This document shows, in pieces, positions 38,866 through 53,755 of a DNA stretch of 64,000 nucleotides. How positions within the stretch are numbered: position 1 is the stretch's first letter; every line of letters starts with the position of its first letter. The notes below the pieces were generated by a model, which was not told where the DNA came from, did not search any database, and saw nothing but the letters and a program-made list of their open reading frames with translations. The position numbers and the translations under genes are program-made. The stretch is from positions 434,001-498,000 of the forward strand of contig JBBPEB010000014.1 in NCBI GenBank assembly GCA_039096225.1, read 5' to 3'. The stretch is from Blastocystis sp. Blastoise. Taxonomy: Eukaryota; Protista; Bigyra: Opalinata.

Positions 38866-40262
38866 ATGAATCCATCCAATACTCCTCAGTATATAAATCA
38901 CATTTTTAATAAGTTTATGATGAATTAGAAACAACAATTTTGCCAACAACGCTGTTGTTCCTCCTTATTATACTGCTAACTCTGTACCAGTATCAAATGC
39001 AATATTTCCTTCTGCAAACTCGTATGTCATTATAGTTTTTTAATAAAACTATTTCAATTTTATTTAGAGCTGAACCAGATAACGGTGATAATGATAGTAT
39101 ATTATTTTCTCTCATCAAATCTATTAATTTTAACTAGTTTCTATTATTATTGACAAGCAAAACTACACTCAACAACCGTATTTATATATTTTTTTTTATA
39201 AATTTAAATATATATATAGAGCTGCTAATATAGTTGTTGCTCCTAAAGTGATCAATAATGCTATTGAATCTATTGTTATTAACGTTGTAGACACATCTTC
39301 AAAACCTATTGTTTTCGATAGATATGCTGCCTACCAATATTTTAGACCCGGACAGTATATATATATATATTATTATTATTATTATTATTATTATCATTAT
39401 CATAATGTATCTTTGATAAAAAGAATGATTTATATCAATAATATTACTCTATAATTTACATAATTATTATCTATAGAACATGTGATCAAGTATGTATCCC
39501 TAGAATTCTGTATATAAATATAAAATATATATATAGTTTATTGAATCTGCTTGTGGTAGTACTTTATTTAATATTTGGAGAAAACAAAAAGATTTTAAAG
39601 GTCACTTACAAACTGCTAGTCATTATTCTATTGCTATGATTATTATGTCTTTTCTTCTTGGTTTATCCTTCGCTAGTTATGATTTTAGTAACTTAACAGT
39701 TTGGGTTCCTGTATTACTCTATATGATTCTTGCTTTTCTAGTTACTCAAGGCGTTAAGACCTATAGATTCTGTGTATTTATTACAATATCCTTTCAACTC
39801 CACATATATATTAAACATTTATCTATTATCTATGAATAGTATATATATATCATCAGTTGTCTCTCTTTTTATATAATTATATTCTTTTCCTTAATTTATG
39901 TTTTACGTTTATATCTTCTACTTAATACCTTCTGTTGTAGCTATTTTGGGTGCAGGTTTCCTTCTTTATTATTTTATAGTCTTCATGGTTAATGGTCCAA
40001 GCATTGTCACTGCTTTCTTTTTTTATCTCGTGGTATTCTTAGTTTTCTTCTGCTTATTATATGGTATTGTCTCTTGTGTCTACTGTACTACCTTAAGAAA
40101 CGTCTGGAAACATCAAGTTCGTAACTATGAAGGTATATACTCTCTATTTATCTATTATATATATTATATATTTGTATATGTATATTATATAATTTGATCT
40201 ATACTATATAAAATGTATTCTAAATTAATTCTCTCTTTGTTATTTAATCATTGTAATTCTAT

Positions 40263-40301
<39 letters not shown>

Positions 40302-40381
40302 ATGATAAGATTATGGGACAAGTTGAATATGTAGAAAAACATATCAGTCTTTATAAAGCTATTAAAGCCAATACTATTTAA
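38866..40381 (+). CDS. Uncharacterised membrane protein with about 4 TM segments (9 exons, including a 13-nt microexon)
   Basis: Canonical splicing gives an intact frame with four hydrophobic segments. One acceptor (39940) was chosen to keep the frame. Confidence 0.7.
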
Positions 40382-41033
40382 ATAATAATAAAATAATACT
40401 GATTTTCTTTATTATTCTTTCTTTATTAAGCTATTCATTTTTGAAAAATGTATAGTTTTTTTATTTATATACCTTCTCTATGTCTTATGTCCTCGTTACT
40501 ATATAGTTGCTTTTATAAATATTATCTTACATCATTATTTTTTTTTATTTTAAAAAATAGTGCGATGATATATAATCGTTATAATGTTGTTTAGTTTTCA
40601 TTTTCATTAATTTATACTAATTATATAATGATCTATAATGACTTTTCTATAATGGTTCATTAAGAAACATTTATGCTAATAAAAATAATATACTATTAAT
40701 AATCATTCACAAAACAATTCGTGGCTATTTGAACAAAATAAAAAGCATATAAATAAATGTAACAAACATATAAAAAACATTTATAACGTTTATTAAGATG
40801 ATAAGAAAACAGATAATGAAGAGAATATACATGAAAAAATAGAAAATAAATACGTATTACCTATAAACCATTTTAATTTTAAAACTTAAAGCTTATAAAA
40901 AGACATTATATATTATATAATATAAAAATAATAATAAAAAACATTCTTTTACATAATACAATTCAATTGATTGAATATGAATCTAAAGATTCAGTGAATT
41001 ATCATTTCCTTGTGATAGATATTGTGCTATTGA

Positions 41034-41700
41034 TCATGAGTGATCTTCTATGAATTCTAGTGATGAATCTGGATGGATATAATATGATTGTGTTGATATA
41101 CACTGTTGAGTAGAGAGAGAAGTTGAAGATAGAGAATGATTGTTATATAATGTGTTAGAATCGGATGTACTAGAGTTATTATGTATAAGTAGAGATGAGC
41201 AACTAGAAGATGGAAGTGTAGGTAATGAAGATAAAGGAGCAGATAACATAGAAGGAACAAGTGATTCTTCAGGAGATCTATTTCTTTTCAATATTGAAGT
41301 AACAGCAGTAATAGACTGACTATTGTTGTCTTTATTTATATTATTATTATTATTAATATTGTTATATTTATTTATATTGTTAGTTTTACCAATATTGTTA
41401 TCCTTATTCATATCCTTATCTTTATCATATATATAAACTGAAGAATGTGGATTAAATGTATTAGTATGTATACAATCGTCACCTGGGTTTATAAATGAAG
41501 TATTTATAAGAATATCATCGTTTTTTGATATATAATTCTGTATTGTAATATGAATCATATTATTTTCTTTATTATTCTCTAATAAAATAGGAAGGATACT
41601 ATTTATCGAAAGAAACTGATTCGATCTTGTTTGTATATCTAATTGTATACTCTTATCATCTTTTAAGAATTCAGAACTATAGGGAGGCATAGAAAAAGAT

Positions 41701-41747
<47 letters not shown>

Positions 41748-44700
41748 ATTATTATTATTAACAATATTATTATGAACATTATGTTTATGTTTATTATTAT
41801 TATTATTATTATTATCACTATTATTATTATTATTATTATTATTAACATTATTATTATTATTATTAATAGTATTACTATTGTTATTATTAACATTATTATT
41901 ATTATTATTAACATCATCAATATCCTTATTATTAATATTACTACTGTCATTCTTAATATTCTTATTCACGTCATATGATATATTTGACAATTTAGAATAA
42001 TCTTCACCACAATCTGTGTTTTTCTGAATGCTTTTACTTTCATTCATTTCAATACTATGATCATGTTCTTCATGTATTTCATGAATCTCTTTATTTCGAT
42101 CTATGTCTATATTTATGTTATTCTCTATATCCTTAATATTCTCTATATTAGAATTAGGAAATAATGAAGAGTTCTCCATAGGATCTAGAAGAGGAAGAGG
42201 AGAAGGTAAAGATATATAAGAATCATTTAAATAAAGACTTTCTTCTTGTTGGTCTTCTGAATGTAATGATTCATTCATTTGTATTTGAGAATGAAGAGAA
42301 ATAGAAGAATTAGGAATAATAATAGATGATGATTGAATAGGACTTGTAGAAACAGTTTTATGAATGAGTTTTTTCTCAATATCCTTTGATTTACAAGTAT
42401 ATTTATTCTCATCAGAAATTTTATTCTTATCCAAATGAATATATTGTTCTTCACAATTATATATAGAATGTTCTTTCATATTGATATTCATGTTACGATA
42501 ACTATTTGTATAATCTTTATTCTTACAAGGAGAATCTTCTTGAATTGAAAATAATTCTTCCATAATTTCATTTGAATTCTCAGATTGTTTTTCATCACTT
42601 AATGTTTCATTAGAAGCAAATAAACTATTAATTGTACTTATTGTTGTTGACATAGAAGAATTACTGTCATCTTTCTCTTCTTTATGAGTTCTATATGTAT
42701 CTGATTTGATGTTATTTGTAGATAAAGAAGGAATAGCCTGAGTAGAATCATAGAGTACATCTATAGAATGTATATTATTCATAGAGTATTGAGTAGGCAT
42801 ATTTTGATTATCAATGAATCTATTTGTTGATGTAGGAATAGAATACTCCATCTTATTGGAATATTCATATAAATTAGAACTTGACTCAATAGAAATAGGT
42901 GAACTTTCTTCTTCATCATTCTTATTCTGTATATGTTGAGTTTCTGTATATAGATGTTGATTCATATTTGTTTGAGGTAAAGTAATAGTATTCATATTTG
43001 GAAAGAATAGAGGAGAAATAGAAGTATTACTAAATAAATCATTATTATAGGATGTATCTAAAGAAAGAGTTGGAGGAAACTCTTCTAAAGAATCAGTTTT
43101 ATATATATTATTAAGGATATCTGGTTCCCAAGAGACTATATTTGCTAAATTATTAGAATCCGACATTGATATATAATTAGAAGGATATAGGAGTGGATCT
43201 GAAAGAGTATCATAAAATAATGAATCAGATATAGTATTATGTTGTTCTGTTAGAGAAGTAGATGGAAGAATAGGATGTTGTTGCGTAATTGAGTCCGTTG
43301 GAATAATTTCTGAATCTGATGAAAAAGAAGGAGGGAGAGGAAGAGAAGGAATAGAAGAAATGTCATCAATATGAATTGGAGATAGAGGAATAAGGATATT
43401 ATTATCATTTAGAGAAGAGGATGAAGGAAGCAGAGATGATGATGAATCTGGATAAATTATATAAATTATATAAATTATATAAATTATATAAATTATATAA
43501 ATTATATAAATTATATAAATAATATAATAGTATAATATAATATAATATAATATAATAATACAAATAATAATTTTAAACAATAAATAAACAAAATATAAAT
43601 ACTACATAATACATTATTGTTCTTCTTTCTTCCTTTTTTCTTGGGTATTTCAGACGATTCACCTAAATTGATTTGTGATATAGATGAAGAAATAGCTTTG
43701 TTCATTTGTTTATTGGATTTAGTAAAAGATTTATTTTTTTCATTCAAAATTTCCTTTGATTTCTTCACAGTTGATTCTAGAGAATTAGTTTTTGTTATTT
43801 TCTCTTTATGTTTCTGATTTAAATATTTTTCTTCAATAGATTCTTTAAAAACACCATTCTTTACTATATTCTGACATACTTTCTTTACTGTATCTGGATG
43901 TCCAGCAGCTACAACATTAATCCAATCACAACTGCCTAGTATCTTTCGAGGAAGTGTATCTTTTGCAGGTAAAGACAAACTTCCTGTGTTCTTTAATTGT
44001 TTTGCTAATCGAGGTTTCCATATTCTTGCTCTGTAATTTGTAAACCATGTATTCACCTATAGTTATATTTACATATATATATATTGATTAAATTTATATT
44101 AAGTAATAGATATGATAAACATAATATGAGATATTTGAATAATAAAACAATTTAAATGAATAAAGTATAATATGAATAATATATATAAATTAAGAAAATC
44201 AAACTAGATATGAAATATACTTGTTTAATAGTAAGATTCGTTCCTTCAATTAATGAATACATATCTTCACGTGTTGGATACGGATATTCAATGTGTTCTT
44301 TTATCCAATCGTTAAATCGACGCATATCTTCGTCAGAAAAAGGAGAAGCTAATTTAATTTTTCGACCTTTATTTGAAGTATCTTCTTAAAATAATAAAAT
44401 AAAAATAGAAATAAGGAAAATGAAAACTAATGAATAGGTGATAACAATAAGAAATAATATTGAAAAATAATAATGAATAGAATATATTGAGTGAATCACT
44501 ATAATACTATTGTTTTAATGAAATTATGAATAAAAAACAGTTTTAAAATATATATCTTATAATTATTAGTATGATATTTTATTATTGAAAGCAATAGTAA
44601 ATATATACGTTGATAATTCTGTATTTGTTTTTGTATATCTAAAAGATGAGTATAAAAGCTTTTAGCTAAATCTAGTCTTAAAGAAAGATACTTTTTGTTC

Positions 44701-45216
44701 TTCAAAACACTAGTCTATAGATATTATATTATTATGTTTATTATGATTATTATTATATAAATTATTATTATTATATAATTATTATTATATTTAAATTATA
44801 TTTATTAATATATATACGCATAAGTCTTGATTATCGATGAGAGTCAACGTTTTGATATCTGAATTTATATCATTGAAAATGTTGTAGCACTTTTCTACAT
44901 GTTGAAGACGGATTGTTTCATAGGCTTGAACTTTATCAACGTATTCATTAAATATATCACTTTCATAATAATGATTGCCAAAAATTTGCTTACAAACGGA
45001 TTCAATTTCTCTTTCTACAGAAGTAAGTTGCTCTTGAAATGGTCTAGATGATGCACTAAGTTGAGACATCCTCATCTGAATATCTTTTTCAAGTTCATTC
45101 TCCACAGGAATTCTTGACATCGAACGAGATTTGTCAAAAACATCTTTTTGTTTCAAAGACTTTTCTCTTTGTTTTCTTTGAGTTTTTCTTGTTTCATTTC
45201 TAGATGAACCATTCAT
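41034..45216 (-). CDS. TALE-class homeodomain protein with a long low-complexity C-terminus (5 exons)
   Basis: FNDWIKEHIEYPYPTREDMYSLIEGTNLTIKQ|VNTWFTNYRARIWKP (PYP loop, WFxN.R.R). Confidence 0.88.
43452..43520. repeat. Intronic 9-mer tandem repeat (ATATAAATT)n next to the acceptor
   Basis: Directly visible. Confidence 0.9.
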
Positions 45217-45833
45217 GATGAAACCATGTACACGATACAAAAGGAAATCAGATATTAAAAAACAAAACTATTGAAACACCTCTACTTTGTGTCACGTGTT
45301 TCAGAGAGTCATTTTTGTTTTATTTCCTTTTATTGCTATCGAATAACCATTCTTAAATCTTTAGATATATATAATATGAAACACAAAATTTCATATTATA
45401 AGCAATAATTCATAGAATATAACGAAGTGAAGGGAAACTCAATTGAAAACCATATTTGTCATCATATCAATATTTTTGAGCAATATAGTATATATCTTTG
45501 GTTTTATATTATTTGAGGACATTATTTTAGCATCATTTATTAAAGAATAGCATAAAAATGGAATCGCAAGAAACAATACTCATATCAAATACTTCTTTAA
45601 TTTCATAAAAGCTTCTAAATAATTATTGGGAATATAAATAAATTATATATAATAATACTATCATCGAAATATACATTATCAAATAAGATACCCGTCACAG
45701 AATGAATTGTTTCGTTATCCTAAAAAATTGATCTGACTAAAGACTTATAAATAGTATTTTTATTTTGTTTAATAAATTTTTAATGAATAGCTAGAAGGAA
45801 ATAAAAAATGAAAGATTTTAATTTTTTTTAGTT

Positions 45834-47580
<1,747 letters not shown>

Positions 47581-48147
47581 TCTCATCGCTGTTATTCTTT
47601 AGCATTTCAAAATATATAATCTATCTTTATGCAACTGAATTATCATAAATTCATTGTTTTACTTCATATTAAAGAGTAAGATCATTGTTTAGAAATCAAT
47701 ACGCAAGAATAATTTGCCAATGAATCATGACATATTTCAACATTACACTACTTATACATATAAGAACTGTCACGCATCTCTAGTCTTTCTAAATACATTG
47801 TTTTCACAAAATAAAGCAAAACTGAAAGCAGAAAAAATCCCTAGAATATCATCAAATTTTCACCACTTTTACACATTTTTCCAAAATAGAAAAAATTGCG
47901 AAAAATTCTGTTTTTGAATAAAGAACCTTGAAATAATCAGAAATGAGCTTTTTCCAAAATCCGTAGTCGCTTCAGAATGTCTCAATATTCTCTCAATTAC
48001 GTACCACAAAACAAAAGATCCATCATGTCTTCATCATTTCCATTTGTTCAACAATTCTTATTCTTTATATAAATAATTCTTTCTGTCAGTTCTCTTTGTA
48101 TGTTCGTTACTTTTTTATAATTTATATTCTCTAGCTATTATTTAATC

Positions 48148-49089
48148 ATGGATCCTCGTCTTATTTGTTGCCAAACTGCTAAATATTGCGTTTACTGTTT
48201 TGCTGGAAAACCCATTGCTACCCCCGTTGAAATCGTCAAGAAGATGGTCGAAGAAAATAAGGTCGTCGTTTGCCGTTGTGCTACCACTACCATTGATGGT
48301 GCTGTTGCTGAAGTATTTATTTATTTAATTATCTATATTTTTGATTATTATATCTATTGCTATATCTACTATAGATTGCTTTTGATAAGCTCAAGATCAC
48401 CAAATCTTCTTTCTCTAGTATGTATTACATATATATATATTTATAAAAATATATAAGAGCTATTATTGCATTTAATAAGAATCTACCTTTATTTTCTATG
48501 CCATTATTTCTATCCAAATCTTCTTTCTCTACTAAGGGTAACCTTATTATTGAAAGTGCTGAAGGTGAATATGAAGGCAAGACTGTCTCCATCATTCGTG
48601 CTTATTCTTATTGTATATATTTCTATTATAATATATATATATAAATACACTAAGTGCATATTTTTAAAATAGATAATGAAAAAAATAAAGTATTTATTAT
48701 TATTTTTAAATATTTTTAGGTACTAAGAAGGGTGCTTACAAGTGTTCTAGAGTTGATCTTATTCACGCTATTGAAGTAGCTCCTAAGGTTGAAACTAAGG
48801 AAGAACCTAAGGAAGAAGAAGAAGAAGAAGAAGAAGATGGTGATCTTTTCGGTGATGATGATGATGATGAAGATGAAGCTGCTGCTGAAGAAATGGCTGC
48901 TAAGCTTGCTGCTGATGCCAAGAAGAAGAAGGAAGAAGCTAAGAAGAACGAACCTGTTGCTAGATCTCAACTTGTTCTTGATGTCAAGCCTCTTGAAGCT
49001 GAAACTGATATGTTTAATGCTATTTTTATTTTTTATTATTATTTTATTTTTTATTATTATTATTTTATTTTTGTGTTTTTAATCCTATA

Positions 49090-49155
<66 letters not shown>

Positions 49156-49388
49156 TTTCCTTTATAGATCTTAACGCTCTTGCTGATAAGATTAAGGCTA
49201 CTCAAGTCAATGGTTTAAAGTGGGGTGAAGGTATTAAGATTGTCCCTCTTGCTTTTGGTATTTGCAAACTTCAAGTTTCTTGTATTATTGAAGATGATAT
49301 CTGTTGTGAAGATGATGTTTATGATGCTATTCAACAATTCGAAGATGATGTTCAATCTGTCGAAACCTTCGCTTTCAACAAGATGTAA
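48148..49388 (+). CDS. EEF1B: Translation elongation factor 1-beta/delta (GEF) with an atypical Cys-rich N-terminus
   Basis: DLFGDDDDDE, ARSQLVLDVKPLEAETDL, GLKWGE..IVPLAFGICKLQVSCIIEDD, VQSVE..AFNKM; strongly biased codons. Two junctions are non-canonical as assembled. Confidence 0.92.
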
Positions 49389-49888
49389 AATGAATTTCTA
49401 TTTCATTTATTAGTCTAACATATACATATATTTTATTCTACATTGTTTTGTTCATTATTTTTTATTTTTAGTAACAAAATTTGATTTAATTTTGTAAAAA
49501 TAACAGTCAAATCATGTAATATAAACTAAATTATAGGTATTCTTTTATATATCTTATCATTATAACAAATATTCAGTAATAAAATAAATATGTAATACTT
49601 TTTAAAAATATATAAAAGTGGAGTTAACCATTTTAATTTCATTTTATAACTTTATAAATCATGAATTATAGTTTCATATAAGTTTACAAAATAAATAGTA
49701 ATAATAAAAAAAGGGAAAGAAATGATTTTGAAATATATCTGAAGAGCCAAAGATGATTTAGTTATAAAATATCATTTCTAATCACATCTTGCAGAGAAAA
49801 GTACTATATATCTTATTTACAATAATTTAAATTAGGATACTAATAGTTATATATACTTGGTAATAGACTAATACTATATATATATATA

Positions 49889-51497
49889 TTATTCTCTACC
49901 CCATACTTCATAATCAACTACTCTGAAATTATTTTTGGAACTCTCATCATTAGTATTGACAAATAACGCTTTCTTTTGAATCGTATTATATTCTCCAAAA
50001 GATATAGCATTACAATATGAATTCTTATTACTTTGACATTGATCGGATATAGCGATATCAGCTCCACAACCAAATGTTGGACCATTATGAGCATCACAAT
50101 ATATACTACGTTTTTTAAAGGTAGAGATAAAATCATATTTAGTTGGAGGAATATTATGTTCATTAGTTAATGTGAATAGAAATTCTTTTGAATAAGGTTT
50201 CCAACCTATATAAACATAATTTATATAATTCAGATTATTATATAAATAGATAACATACTATTAGTACAATTCCAACTTTGATCTGTATATCCTCCAAATA
50301 TATTAATATGATTATTATGACCTAGATGTTTGATTATAGTTACTGTTTCTCCTTTATTATCGCAATATTTATGAAACTGAAGTGCAGAATAATGTTGTTC
50401 ACTTGCTCTATATATATAAAATAATTAATTATATATATGAATAATGAAAAAAAGAAGATTTACCTATATAGTAATTTCCATGTTTTATCTTTTCCTAGCC
50501 AATTCATTAAAGGTAATGAATACTTCTGAATTGTAACGATTCTTGAATTTTTAAAAACACTAGGCTTTCCCATAAATACTGAATTATAGATATTTTCTCC
50601 ATAGGACCCAAAAACACTTTTCAATTCATTTTTAAATAAGTTTTTGTTCATAGCATTTAGATCCCTTTCATTACAAGAAATAGATCTTGTTTGTATATAC
50701 TCATATATATATTGAATATAATCATATTTCATATCCATAAAGTATATATTTTTATTTCTATCATAATCTACAAATCCTGAATCATATTTATTTATAAAAA
50801 TATCCCATATATAATTCATTTTCAAATAATCACTTAATATAGAGTCTTCATATGAATTAATCAATAAAACAACAGGGTATCCTTCTTCATATTTCTTTTT
50901 TTTTGCACGTTGTTCACGAATAGATATCCATTCTGCAGGAAGAGGTAAATTACAAAATTCTATTAATTCCAATAATTCTAATTGATCATTATATTCAAAT
51001 TCATCTATATTCAATTTCTTTCCATTCAAATAATCTAAAAAATAATATATACATACATCACTTCCTTCATAATCTAAATAAATAGAACCATCTGTTGTTC
51101 TAATATCATCAATATATTGCTCATAAATATAAGAACCTCTCAGAGATTCTATAACTCTCTTTGATAATCGGAACACAGGACTTGTATTTGAAAAACGAAT
51201 TAATTCCATCTCATCATCATGACTCAATTCATTAATATACTTTCTTTTGCTTCTAAAGGATATTCTCGTATCATTATCAATATTTTTCTGACTTTCTTGT
51301 GAAGAACTGTTTGTCGTATCTCCATTCATTTGAATAAAATCATCAGTTATTATCTTTGAAAGAATCTCAATACTTTGAGAAGAATGGATTCCATAATCCA
51401 ATATCGCAGAAAGAACTTTCATACTCTCCTGTAATAAATCTTTATAGATACTAGTACTTTCTTTCAATCTATTTGCTCTCTCTATATTATATACCAT
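49889..51497 (-). CDS. BTB-like plus C-terminal TLDc domain protein (3 exons)
   Basis: DGSIYLDY..DYLNG (BTB-like); WKLLYR|ASE, FHKYCDNKGETVTII, IFGGYT, FLFTL, GPTFG, DYEVW (TLDc). Confidence 0.88.
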
Positions 51498-51773
51498 TTC
51501 TATATTAGAATAAAGTTCTTTTACAAAGAATCAATCTAGATATAGTTCATTCTTTTATTAACAAAAAAATAGAATTACCACGAACAGAATCGTTTTTTGA
51601 CCTCAAAAAATAAATTTTCCAAAAAGAAAAGTCATAACAAGCCTGAATAATAGAATATTTTTCATGGAATTTCATCTATTCATGCGTTAAGAATGAAAAA
51701 TAATCGTAGAACAAAGAAATACAAAAAATATATATATTTTTGTATATTATTTCTTTAGAATAGATAATTCTTC

Positions 51774-52777
51774 ATGTTTAATACTCTTATCAAAAACACA
51801 AAGCCTTGGGCTACTCAATTGATTCGTTTCTCAAGTACTGAACACCCATTATTCTGGGTAGGTGCAAATGAAGCGGTATGAATTAATGCTATTTTTATCT
51901 GATTCATAGTGTAATGGTCTTCATGCAACGACTATATTATCAATTCGTAGAAAAGATAAAGTTATTATGATTGGTGATGGTCAAGTCTCTTTAGGTTCTA
52001 CAGTTGCAAAACCAAATGCTATTAAAGTAAGAAAACTAAAGAATAACATTTTAGCTGGATTTGCTGGAGGTGCTGCAGATGCTATAACGTTACTTGATAA
52101 ACTAGAAATTATGCTTGATCAATATTCTGGTCAGATGAAAAGAGCTTGTGCTGAATTAGCAAAATTGTGGAGAACAGATCCATCCTATCAAAAACTTGAA
52201 GTATTTTTTTTTTTGAACTAATTTAAAATAATATTTTTAATTAATATATAATATTTATTTAATTCTTCTATTAATATTTTTAATAATAATAATAGTATTT
52301 GTTATTGAATTCTAGGCAGTTTTATTAATTAGTGATAAAACAGATACTTTAACTATTTCTGGAAATGGAGAATGTCTTGATCCTATTGATGGAGTTGTGG
52401 GTATATATATATATATATATATTATTCTTTATATATATAAATATAATATTCATAAATATATACTAAACTATATATAAATATAGCTATTGGTTCAGGTGGT
52501 GGTTATGCATTAGGTATTGCATATATAATTATTTATAGTTTATTTAATATATCTATTATTATTTTGATTATGATTATGATTATTATACTAATGATAAATA
52601 TTCTGTAGCTGCTGCTAAGGCACTTATAGATACAGATATGCCCTTAGAAGAAGTGGCTAGAAAAGCTATGAATATAGCTGCTGATATTTGCATGTATATA
52701 TATATATTATATATATCATATTTATACTTAAATATAGATATACAAATCACAACTTTACTATGGAAAAATTAGAATAA
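51774..52777 (+). CDS. hslV: HslV (ClpQ) threonine protease with N-terminal presequence (6 exons)
   Basis: [64 protein letters not shown]. Confidence 0.95.
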
Positions 52778-52922
52778 TTATAAGCAAAAAAAAAATGTTG
52801 TATATATTTTAGTTGATTCTATTTCTATATCCTTCTTTGTCATATAAAATGTTGTTGTTTTATTTATTTTATTCGTATTATATTCAAAGAGTTCAACTCA
52901 ACGAATCAATATATCAATATTA

Positions 52923-53459
52923 TCATTCATCCCTTTTAACATCATGGTGATGATTATGATGCTTATGTTTATGACTCTATAAAAAACAAAAAAAAGTAAA
53001 TGAAAATGAATTAGAAAAATACAGTTGTTGAATGATGTATATCATCAGTGGAGACACTATACGATTGATGTCTATGATGTCTATGACCATTGGAATGACT
53101 ATAATGAATTATTAGATTATAAAGAAATAAATTATGGAACATTATCTAATTAATTGCAAAAGAATGACATACTGACACTTTTTGTTTGTGTTTTCTGATT
53201 TCTCATCATCTATCTCTTCATCACTACTACTACTGATTGGAGCAATACCTAATACTTTGTCGGCATCCATCTGTGTCCGACTAGATTTCCTATGTAAAGC
53301 TTTTTCTCGAGCTAATCGTTGTGCCTATTCATTTTTGAACATAAATTAAAGAAACAAATCATAAAAATGTATATCAACTTAACTAAATACTTCTCGATAT
53401 TGCTTTGTCGCTTCTACAAGATCTATTTCATAATCTTTTAATGGCTTTTCTTCACTCAT
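52923..53459 (-). CDS. Small orphan protein with an acidic patch and His-rich C-terminus (4 exons), absent from the ORF track
   Basis: MSEEKPLKDYEIDLVEATKQYRE|AQRLAREKALHRKSSRTQMDADKVLG..SSSSDEEIDDE..|HSNGHRHHRHQ..|SHKHKHHNHHHDVKRDE*. Three GT-AG introns keep the frame. Confidence 0.72.
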
Positions 53460-53755
53460 TGTCTTATTAGTTTTCCTTTCTCGAAAAATCAAGAAATAAA
53501 TTATTATGTAGCAGTCATAATTTTATTGTTCTTTGCTGTTTATTGTTTTCTATATTACTGGGATGGTTTTCTGATAAGTTTTATGTATTTTTTAAATCAA
53601 AATATACACTTTTAGTGAAAAATGAGTAAAATTATATAAAATTATAAAATAAAATCAAGTTCAATGTATGCAAAACAAAAAGTATAGAACATATGTTCGA
53701 TTATAAAATAATAAATTTATTTAGAAGAGAAAAAAATAAATATATACAACAACAT

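Noticed and set aside
49008-49015. U12-type (AT-AC) introns as the explanation for AT donors
   Set aside because: Donors are ATATGT or ATGTAT, not ATATCC; there is no TCCTTAAC branch site and the acceptors are AG.
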